Of a stretch of 64,000 nucleotides of DNA, positions 29,078 through 38,100 are shown piece after piece. The stretch covers positions 90,608 through 154,607 of the forward strand of contig JAOAEE010000008.1 in assembly GCA_026416955.1 (NCBI GenBank), read 5' to 3'. This DNA is from Ignavibacteria bacterium. GTDB taxonomy: Bacteria; Bacteroidota; Ignavibacteria; Kapaibacteriales; UBA2268. A program made the position numbers and the translations under genes. The notes beneath the pieces were generated by a model. The model had not been told where the DNA came from, did not search any database, and was given only the letters and a program-made list of their open reading frames with translations. Each line of letters opens with the position of its first letter. The first letter of the stretch is position 1.

Positions 29078-31855
29078 TTTATATGAATTTTGTTTTTCTT
29101 TGTTCATTATTTCAGTAAAATAATAATTATTTTCATTTAATTCATCTGGTTTGATGAATTTTACATCTAAGGGTTTTGGATGCTTGAAACCTGTATTTAA
29201 AAAGATTATGTCTTGAAGCAATAAATTCCAAGGTTCTAACCAAGATTCTAATCTTGAAAGATTGTCAGGTTTCCCATCGATGTAAAATAACAAATCTAAA
29301 TCGGAAGTTGCCGAAGCAGTTCTTGAATACACTGTTCCAAATAAGTAAATACCTTTAACTCCATATCGGTGGGGAATTAATTTTTCGACCATTTTCTCAG
29401 CAAATTTCCATCGAATTTCCCAAGGTTCTTCCAGTGTAGTAGTGGATTTTTTTGATGTCTGTGCTTTGTAAACTTTATAAATTGGAGTGATAGAGGTTTC
29501 TGTTAGGAAGGCAATAGATAGATTTTGTTCCGAATTACTAATTACTTTTAGCACTTTACCCCCACTTTCTTTTGTAACTGATATCACTTTAAGCACATAA
29601 GAAATATGAGCGTATTCTGGTAAAAGGTCGGCTAAGATATTGTAAGATCTATGAATTAAGAGTTCGTTAAAAATTGTTTCTTGGTCTTCTAAGAAAATAG
29701 GTATGTAAAGAATGTTTGATTCCACCAAGTCTTGGAAGAAGTGTGTACCAAAGGATACTTCTGGTGAATAATTTCCAACTCTGTGTGCTATTTCTACTAA
29801 ACAAGCTGTGTTGTAAATTGATGAATAAGTGACTTTTACTCCAAGCCGAACATCGTCGCGAGTTCCCCAGCGCCCGGGCCCAATTAGAATAAATTTTTTC
29901 GAAGGGAGTATTGTATTCAATTTCCCAATTGCTTCGGAAATTTGGTAGTAATCGTTGATGGAATCAATTTTAGAGTAATTAGTCGGGTCGACATAAACAA
30001 TGTATTCAACATCTGGCGATTTGCCATTACTAACGAATTTATGCGTTTTAAACAATATTTCCTCTTCTGAAAGATTAGTTGGAATTTCAAAAAGTGTATT
30101 ATCTTTTGAAGTACTTTGAGAACGACATTGTAAAAGATATAGATGTTCACCATTGAATGCAAATTCGATATCAACAGGGGTTGAAAGTTCATTTTCTAAT
30201 AATTTTAGAATTTTGCTTATTGTTTCAAGAAAGTTAGTATTTGCAAAAAGGTTATCAAATGTTACAACCAGAGAATTTTCCAATGGATTGACACTTAAAC
30301 CTATTGGCCTACGTAAATGGTTCTCCTCGATAATTGAAAAAACTAAGTTCAACATTGGGAAGTTATTTCCGACCTCGCGAAGCATTTCCTCTATTGTAAT
30401 AGTCTCGAAACGGTTTGTTTCAAGGTTAATTAAATCGACTTTGTTTGGAGAATACTTGATGTAGTCTGTTGGTTCTACGTATATAGAAATGTTAGGTTTA
30501 CCTGGTGAAATTAAAATTGTGTAATCATCACCAATACGGTCGACTGCTCTTGTTCCTAAACCAACAACCATTCGAATTAGTCCATCCTCGCGTTGTATTC
30601 TTGGGGACCACCTAAAATCATTGTAACTAAAGGCAACTCCAGAGAATGCTGGGAAAAAGTATTTCCCAATTTTCTTTCCAACAACCTCTTGAATCATAAT
30701 TCCCATTTCTTCGTTAAAGTCCAAGAGATTGTGTTCAATGCGATATCCAATTGGGTCGGGGCTAAATGTAGAGGCATATACTTCGGCTATTGCGTCCATA
30801 AGAGCAAACAATCGTTCTTGTTTTGTACCTTGATTAGCAAGGAAAATGCTTTTATATTTCCCTGGGAACGAGGTTCCTAATCTGTCTTCCAAAAGGCTTG
30901 ATGAACGGACAATAATTGGATTTTCGCCAAAATCGTCCAAAGCACGAGCAAGCCCGTTTACCAATTCAGGTGGAAATTGAGAATTCTTAAAAACTTGAAT
31001 AATATTAGGATACTCACTTCTTATTTCATCAATTGGTTTATACTTTTGCTCGATAATGTCTTCAAGATTGTTGTATGTTAAGAAGTCGTAAAAAGAATCG
31101 GATGGAATAAACCAAGTTTTAGGAACTTGAACTTTTGCAAGGGAAAACAATTTTTTTTCGTTAACTAAGTGTGGATTTTCGCTAATATATTTTTTTATAA
31201 TTTTTTCGGCAAGTATTAGACCTGCAGCCTTTCCACCAAATCTTCCTATTCCTTCTGTTGTAATTATTGTTCTTTGGAGAAGATGATTAAAATCATTTAT
31301 GGTAATAAAGTTTTTCGATATTTGAACATATTCAAGTTGGTCGGAAAGTAACCTTCTCGATAAAGCAACTCTAATTCCTTGAACTGCTGGGGAAGATTTA
31401 AATTGTTCTTCCAGTTCATCAAGGTTAGGATTTTGAAAAGAATATTTTCGGAGCGACTCTGAAATTTCTTTCAAAGGTATTGATTGGTTGGAAAGTAAGC
31501 GAAGTAAATAACTTGCTTTTTCTTCGTAAATCCATTTTTGAATTAAATAAACTATCTGCTCGTTAGAAAGATGAGATGATGCTAACGTAAATATTTCGTT
31601 TGAATATTTTAACGAATTTTCTAAAACATTTTTCTTTGTCGGTTGGTTTGTTTCGATAAGCAGGTTTTCTTTTTGGAAATCACCATTTCCCAAAAGCAAA
31701 CTAATACTTTGTGCGTCTTTAACTCCTCGGCAAAGCAAATAGTTCAACATTTTCCTTGAAAGAACGGAAAGTAAATAAGGGTCGATTTTGCTTAGTGTGT
31801 TAATTATTTGTACCCAATTATTTGCATCTTCATTTAAATTAATTTCTTTCTCCAT
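29069..31855 (-). CDS. PEP/pyruvate-binding (PPDK_N ATP-grasp) domain protein fused to a C-terminal Pol-beta-type nucleotidyltransferase domain
   Basis: 928 aa. PPDK_N motifs (GGKAAGLILAE...VQVPKTWFIPSD...IIVRSSSLLEDRLGTSFPGKY...MGIMIQEVVGKKIGKYFFPAFSGVAFSYN...DIEFAFNGEHLYLLQCR). The C-terminal minimal NTase motif is hG[GS]x10DxD (IYLFGTVYSRTASATSDLDLLFYIDG). There is no His-swivel (PEP-utilisers) domain. Confidence 0.6.
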   Translation of the reverse strand: MEKEINLNEDANNWVQIINTLSKIDPYLLSVLSRKMLNYLLCRGVKDAQSISLLLGNGDFQKENLLIETNQPTKKNVLENSLKYSNEIFTLASSHLSNEQIVYLIQKWIYEEKASYLLRLLSNQSIPLKEISESLRKYSFQNPNLDELEEQFKSSPAVQGIRVALSRRLLSDQLEYVQISKNFITINDFNHLLQRTIITTEGIGRFGGKAAGLILAEKIIKKYISENPHLVNEKKLFSLAKVQVPKTWFIPSDSFYDFLTYNNLEDIIEQKYKPIDEIRSEYPNIIQVFKNSQFPPELVNGLARALDDFGENPIIVRSSSLLEDRLGTSFPGKYKSIFLANQGTKQERLFALMDAIAEVYASTFSPDPIGYRIEHNLLDFNEEMGIMIQEVVGKKIGKYFFPAFSGVAFSYNDFRWSPRIQREDGLIRMVVGLGTRAVDRIGDDYTILISPGKPNISIYVEPTDYIKYSPNKVDLINLETNRFETITIEEMLREVGNNFPMLNLVFSIIEENHLRRPIGLSVNPLENSLVVTFDNLFANTNFLETISKILKLLENELSTPVDIEFAFNGEHLYLLQCRSQSTSKDNTLFEIPTNLSEEEILFKTHKFVSNGKSPDVEYIVYVDPTNYSKIDSINDYYQISEAIGKLNTILPSKKFILIGPGRWGTRDDVRLGVKVTYSSIYNTACLVEIAHRVGNYSPEVSFGTHFFQDLVESNILYIPIFLEDQETIFNELLIHRSYNILADLLPEYAHISYVLKVISVTKESGGKVLKVISNSEQNLSIAFLTETSITPIYKVYKAQTSKKSTTTLEEPWEIRWKFAEKMVEKLIPHRYGVKGIYLFGTVYSRTASATSDLDLLFYIDGKPDNLSRLESWLEPWNLLLQDIIFLNTGFKHPKPLDVKFIKPDELNENNYYFTEIMNKEKQNSYKLL

Positions 31856-31945
31856 ATATCATTCCATAAAAAGTATTATAACGAAAACAAAAACTATTTT
31901 TAGTTAAGTTAAAAATAAAATGAAATTCAAATAAAAATATTGTAA

Positions 31946-33823
31946 TTATGTTGAATTTGATTGTATTGAGAATAATTTATAGTAAACGCCTTTTATTTCC
32001 ATTAGTTCCTTATGTGTTCCTCGTTCAACAATTTTTCCATTTTCGAATACAAGGATTTGATCTGCGTTTGTAATAGTCGAAAGACGGTGGGCGACAATTA
32101 TTGCTGTTTTATCCTTCAGTGAAAAGTTTATTGCTTCTTGAACAATCTTTTCTGATTCAGAATCCAAAGAAGATGTTGCCTCGTCGAATATTAGAATTTT
32201 TGGATTTCTTACAAGGGCACGTGCAATAGCAATTCTTTGCCTTTCGCCTCCAGAAAGCATAACTCCTCGCTCCCCAATAATTGTATCCAATCCGTTAGGT
32301 AATTTGAGAATAAAATTGTATGAATTGGATATTTTGCAAGCTTTAATGATATCTTCTTCTGTTGCATTTGGATTTCCAATAAGTATGTTATTTCTTATTG
32401 TATCGTTAAAAAGAATAATTTCTTGTGAAACAATGCCAAATAATTGACGATATGATTTAATATCATACTCTTTAATGTTGATTCCGTCAAGAAGAATTTC
32501 ACCATATGTTGGGTCATAAAATCTAACGACTAGGTCTACAATCGTTGATTTTCCACTTCCACTTGCACCAACGAGAGCGATTTTTTTCCCTTTTTCAAGT
32601 ACGAAATTTACGTTTTTAAGAACCATTTCTGAATCGTATGCAAACGAAACATTTTTGAATTCAATGTTATTTTTAAAGGAGGCAATTGCTTTTTTTGTAG
32701 AAACAACCTCGACTTTTTGGTCGAGAATGTCAAAGACACGCTTTGTGCTAACAATTCCGCGCTGAAATTGGGAAATATTGTGGACAATTGTTGCCACTGG
32801 GCTCATAATTGAAAATAGTGCAAAAAGGAAAAGCATTAAATCTTCCCCTTTCATATTTCCGCTTAAGACATAGGAACCACCGACCAGAAAAACTACTACA
32901 AGAGCAATTATAGCAAAAATTTCGTTTAAAGATGGAACCAATGAAATAACAGACTGAAACTTTAATGATGAACGAAAATATTTATTTGTTTTATCGAGAA
33001 ATTTTTCTTGAATTTTTTCTTCAAAATTGTATGCTTTAATAATTCTAATACCAGAAAGAGTTTCTTGGAGTACAGTGGTAAAATCGGCCATTGCTCCTTG
33101 CATTCGATTGGCATATCGGCGTAAATAATGAGTTGAAACTCGTAAAATTCCAATTGTAGCAATACTTGAACTAAAAGCAATCAGAGATAAAAATGGAGAT
33201 ATTGATAAAAGTAAGAAAAGGAAAAGGATAACTTGAATAACTTCGCGAAGTAATCCTGTAAGGGCGGAAATTGTAGTTGAATTAACGACATTTACATCAT
33301 TGGTAAGTGTTGAAATAATCGTTCCTGCTTTTGTTGAGTTAAAAAACTTGATATCCAGTGTTGTTAATTTAAGAAAAAGCTGATTTCTAATGTAACGAAT
33401 GATATTTTCTTCCAACCTCGCATTAGTTATATTTCCCAGATATTTAAAAACATTCTTAAAAATAAATAAGATAACAATGAAAAAACTAAGATTTATCAAA
33501 GTTTTGTGAACATCGATAGGGTTTACGACAAGATTTTTTAAAAAGTTAAAAAAAGAGTGTTTTACAGATTGTAGAAAAGAAGTCGAAATAGATGAATTTT
33601 CTATGGTAATTTTTGAATTAAAAATTAGTTCGAATATTGGTTTGATTGAAGCTACAGTTGTTGCCGTTAAAGTTGAAAAGATAGTGTTCAAAATAATTGT
33701 AGCAAAAAACAAACCTACGAAAGGTTTAGCAAAAGTGAAACCTCGAAGGAAATAGGAACCTTTAAAATTTTCACTCATTGATTTGTTTAGGATTTTCTTT
33801 TGATTCCTTTCCTTCCTCCTCAA
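31946..33823 (-). CDS. ABC transporter permease/ATP-binding protein (MsbA-like exporter)
   Basis: 625 aa with a 6-TM domain followed by an NBD. Walker A is GASGSGKST, the ABC signature is LSGGERQRIAIARAL, and Walker B is ILIFDEATSSLD. An alternative start at 33778 (MSENF) would remove the overlap with the next gene. Confidence 0.8.
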   Translation of the reverse strand: MRRKERNQKKILNKSMSENFKGSYFLRGFTFAKPFVGLFFATIILNTIFSTLTATTVASIKPIFELIFNSKITIENSSISTSFLQSVKHSFFNFLKNLVVNPIDVHKTLINLSFFIVILFIFKNVFKYLGNITNARLEENIIRYIRNQLFLKLTTLDIKFFNSTKAGTIISTLTNDVNVVNSTTISALTGLLREVIQVILFLFLLLSISPFLSLIAFSSSIATIGILRVSTHYLRRYANRMQGAMADFTTVLQETLSGIRIIKAYNFEEKIQEKFLDKTNKYFRSSLKFQSVISLVPSLNEIFAIIALVVVFLVGGSYVLSGNMKGEDLMLFLFALFSIMSPVATIVHNISQFQRGIVSTKRVFDILDQKVEVVSTKKAIASFKNNIEFKNVSFAYDSEMVLKNVNFVLEKGKKIALVGASGSGKSTIVDLVVRFYDPTYGEILLDGINIKEYDIKSYRQLFGIVSQEIILFNDTIRNNILIGNPNATEEDIIKACKISNSYNFILKLPNGLDTIIGERGVMLSGGERQRIAIARALVRNPKILIFDEATSSLDSESEKIVQEAINFSLKDKTAIIVAHRLSTITNADQILVFENGKIVERGTHKELMEIKGVYYKLFSIQSNST

Positions 33824-34313
33824 GTAATTTTAAAATTCTTTGGTAAAGGTATTCCTCGTCTCCTGTTGCGTAACCATTATGTTCCCAAACTATTTCGCCT
33901 TTTGAGTTAATAAGGAAGGAATGTGGCGGGTTATTAACATTCATTGCACGACGGAAATCACCGTTTTCATCTAAGTATATTTCAAATTTCCAATTTCGTC
34001 CTTTCACAAATGGTGCGACTTTTTTTGAATTTCGGACATCATCAATCGATACAGCAATTATTTTAATCCCAGTTTCTTGTTGCCATTTTTCGTACACTTC
34101 GTGAATGTTGTTCAATTCCATAATGCAGGGTTTGCACCAAGTAGCCCAAAAATTGATGACAAAAGGTTTTCCTTCGTTGTTAAATGTTTTTGTTTCTACT
34201 GTTTCTCCCTTGATGTTCTTTACTTTTACATTAGGTATTGTTCTATTTTCTTTTGCGAAACAGATAGAAATTGCAACAAACAAAAGTAACAAACCTATCT
34301 TTTTCATTTTCAC
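33771..34313 (-). CDS. TlpA/ResA-like thiol:disulfide oxidoreductase
   Basis: 180 aa with a signal peptide and the thioredoxin motif WATWCKPC. Confidence 0.7.
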   Translation of the reverse strand: MKMKKIGLLLLFVAISICFAKENRTIPNVKVKNIKGETVETKTFNNEGKPFVINFWATWCKPCIMELNNIHEVYEKWQQETGIKIIAVSIDDVRNSKKVAPFVKGRNWKFEIYLDENGDFRRAMNVNNPPHSFLINSKGEIVWEHNGYATGDEEYLYQRILKLLEEEGKESKENPKQINE

Positions 34314-34373
34314 TTAAAATTTTGTAAAAAAATCATTATTTTAGTTTTTTAAAGAACAAATTTAAGAAGAAAT

Positions 34374-35057
34374 ATGAAAAGACTTATTGTTTTATTTATT
34401 CTGATTGTTTTTATCCCAATTATCCTATTTGCAAAAAGTATAGAAATTGTTTCTGGTGAATTTCAAGTTAATACTTCTCCAAATATTGACGAGGTTAAAG
34501 CACATTGTGTTTTTAAGAATGTTTCCCAACAGGAGATTAGTGTTAAACTTAAGATAAAGCTAATTCAAGCCACAGAAGGTTTAGATGTTGCTTTTTGTTG
34601 GGGTCCAGTTTGTTATCCACCTTTAACCCTTGGTGAATTTCGTGAACCAAGCGATGCTATCTCTCTACTCCCAGGGCAAACAAGTGGACCCAACGAGTTT
34701 TATTTGACATTTTCTCCTAATGGTTACCAAGGTGAAGCTATTGTCGAGGCTATTCTTTATGTAAAAGATAATCCCGAGGATTCATTAAATTTAGTTTTTC
34801 GTCTATCTACAGTTTTGGGTGTACCTCATTCTAAATTCGATAGCCAAATTCTTGCTGTATCGGTAACTGGTGACTATTTCACTTTAGAAAAATTTGGGTT
34901 TACTCCTGGTACAATTTTTGTTTATACTATTGATGGTAAACTCTTATACAAATCTTTTATTTTTGAATTATTAAATATTTCATCTTTTCCTAAGGGGTTA
35001 TATTTAATTAGACAATTGGAACCAAATATAAAGACAATTCTTGTCAATAAGTTATAA
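34374..35057 (+). CDS. hypothetical secreted protein with putative T9SS C-terminal sorting domain
   Basis: 227 aa with a signal peptide (LIVLFILIVFIPIILFA). The C-terminus (GTIFVYTIDGKLLYKSFIFELLNISSFPKGLYLIRQ) resembles the Por secretion CTD. Confidence 0.45.
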   Translation: MKRLIVLFILIVFIPIILFAKSIEIVSGEFQVNTSPNIDEVKAHCVFKNVSQQEISVKLKIKLIQATEGLDVAFCWGPVCYPPLTLGEFREPSDAISLLPGQTSGPNEFYLTFSPNGYQGEAIVEAILYVKDNPEDSLNLVFRLSTVLGVPHSKFDSQILAVSVTGDYFTLEKFGFTPGTIFVYTIDGKLLYKSFIFELLNISSFPKGLYLIRQLEPNIKTILVNKL

Positions 35058-35127
35058 TTTTTCTTGGTGTGAAAAAATTTCACCCATTAAGTAAAAATTA
35101 ATAATCAAAATAGATTGGAGCAAAAAA

Positions 35128-38100
35128 ATGATAGTTTATGATTTAGTCCTAAAATTATCATTACTTGTAACTCTTGCTGTTCTTTCGGGATTTATTGATA
35201 GATTTTGGCCTCGTAAGACACTTATTGGGAAAATATTCCAAGGTATACTATTTGGTTTTACTTCAATAGTTGGAATGATATTTCCGTTTGAACTTGCTCA
35301 AGGTTTGATTTTTGATGGAAGAACAATTATTATTAGTTTATCTACTTTGTTTTTTGGGCCTATTTCAGGTGGAATAGCTGCATTAATGTCCTTTGTATAC
35401 CGCACTTATGTTGGTGGCGTGGGATTACCTATGGGACTTGCAACTATTGTTGAAGCATTTATTGTTGGTTTATATTTCTACAGAATTAAGGAGAGAAGGG
35501 ACATTTTCTGGCTTAACACTTTAAGATTATATTCTTTTGGTTTTATTGTACATATTATTATGGTACTTTTAGTTTTTATGCTTCCTTCTAAATATGCTAA
35601 AAGTGTCTGGGATGAGGTTGCTTTAACAATAATTTCAGTTTATCCAGTGGTTTCTTTGTTAATTGGTAAAATCCTTCTTGACCAAGAAATATCATCAAGA
35701 TATTTAAAAGATTTAATTAGAAGAGAATCTTTGTATAGAACCACTTTATATTCCATTGGTGATGCAATAATTACAACTGATGCTAATGGATTTATTCATA
35801 ATATGAACTCTGTGGCCGAGGCACTTACTGGTTGGACAGAGAAAAATGCGAGAGGTAGGGAAATCAACCAAGTTTTTAGAATTGTTAATGAGTTTACTTT
35901 AAAAGAAGCAGAAAATCCTGTTGAACGAGTTCTTCGAGAAGGAAAAGTAGTTGGTCTTGCAAACCATACTGTTCTTATTTCCCGTGATGGTAGAAAAATA
36001 CCAATTGCAGATAGTGGAGCTCCTATTAAAGATGAAAATGGAAACATTATAGGTGTAGTTTTGGTGTTTCGGGACCAAACTAAAGAGCGTGAATATTTAA
36101 GAAAAATTGAAGAGCAAGAAAAAAGATATCGTCAATTTGTTCTATCAAGTTCTGATGGAATATGGAGATTTGATATTGATACTCCAATAAACATTAACTT
36201 ACCCATAGAAGAACAAATAAAATTAATTTTTCAAGGTGGCTATCTTGCGGAATGTAACGATGCATATGCAAAAATGTATGGTTTTGAAAAAGCAGAGGAT
36301 ATTGTCGGTATTCGTTTGATAGATGTTTTAAAACCAGAAGACCAGGAAAATATTGAATATCTTACTAACTTTATTAAAAATGGTTATCGTCTGACTGGAG
36401 GAATTTCCAAAGAATATGATAAATATGGGAATGTATTGTATATTGAAAATAACTTAGTTGGAATAATTGAAGATGGGTATTTAATTCGTGCTTGGGGGAC
36501 ACAGAAAAATATTACTGAAAAATATTTCCTTGAACTTTCGTTAAAAGAAAGTGAAGAGAAGTTTCGCCTTCTGTCCGAAGCATCGTTGGTGGGTATCTAC
36601 TTAATTCAAGATTATAAATTTATTTATGTTAACCAAGCCTTAGCAAATGTATTTGGTTATGAAATTGATGAAATAGTCAATAAGCTTGGTCCTTTGGATT
36701 TAACTCATCCAGATTACCGTCCAATAGTAATTGAGAACATAAACAAAAGAATTTCTGGCGAAATTGAATCGATTAATTATTCATTTAAAGCAGTAAAGAA
36801 AGATGGTTCTACAATTTTCATTGAAGTTTTTGGGAAAAGAATTGAATTTCGTGGAAAACCCGCCATTATTGGGACATTGATGGATATTACTGAAAAACTT
36901 CGTCTCGAAGAGGAAAACCGTATCCGAAATTTACAATTAGAAAGTACTTTGGAAAATACTCCAAATGTTGCTATTCAGTTTTATAATATCAAAGGTGAAG
37001 TTCTCTATTGGAACAAAGCCTCGGAAACAGTTTACGGTTGGACTAAAGATGAAGCACTTGGGAAGACACTGGACCAACTTATGTTAACCAAAGAGGAAAC
37101 AGCAAAATTTTTATCTGTTCTACAAGAAGTTTATTCAACTGGAAATCCTGTTGGTCCAAATGAATGGAAAGTAAAGAGAAAAGATGGTAGTGAAGCTTGG
37201 ATTTTAAGTTCTATTTTTGCTATTCCTTCCAAAGTTAACGAAAAAATTATAGTTTGTGCTAACGTTGATATCACAGAACGAAAAAATGTTGAGATCGCTC
37301 TTAAAGAACAAAATGATTTATTCCAAACACTTATTAATACTTTGGAAGCTGCAATTTTACTATATAGAGGTAAAGATATTGTATTTTGTAATGATGCAAC
37401 ATCTAAAATAACCGGTTATTCACTTGAAGAATTATATTCTATTCCTATATGGGATTTAGTGCATCCAGACCAGAGAGAAAAAGTGAAAAACATTGTCCTT
37501 GCAAGATTCAGAAACGAAGAAGTCCCAAATCGTTACGAAATTAAAATACTCAAGAAAGATGGTTCTACTGGTTGGGTAGATTATTCTGTAGGTATGATAA
37601 AATGGAAAGGAGAATTGACTGCCATTGGTACAGCAATTGACATTACTGAAAGGAAACTTAATGAAGAGATAATACAAATTCAGTATAATATTGCGGATGC
37701 TTTAGTAAAGCAAAAATCTCTTTATAAGTTTTTCGAGGTTGTACGAAAAGAACTTTCGAAAGTTTTGGATACTAAGAATCTTTTTGTTGCTTTTTATGAT
37801 GATGAGAAAGATGAACTTTATAGTCCCTTCGAGTGGGATGAAAAGATGGACGGACCTACAAGATGGAGTGCGAAAAAATCGTTGACTGGGAAAGTAATTA
37901 AAGAAAAAAGAAGTATTCTTTTAAAAAAGGAGGAAATTCAAAAGGAAATAGAAGATGGTCAAATAGAACTTATTGGTTCTTTGGCTGAATCTTGGCTTGG
38001 TGTTCCTTTAATTGTAGAAAATAGAGCATATGGAGCACTGGTAGTACAAAGTTATGATAATCCTAATTCTTTTGATGAGAGAAGTGTTCGTTTGATGGAG

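Noticed and set aside
31946-33823. Cobalamin or other riboswitches upstream of the PduO-type adenosyltransferase and ABC exporter
   Set aside because: The upstream intergenic regions (17404-17452; 33824-33880 is coding) are too short or coding. No conserved B12-box-like sequence was seen.
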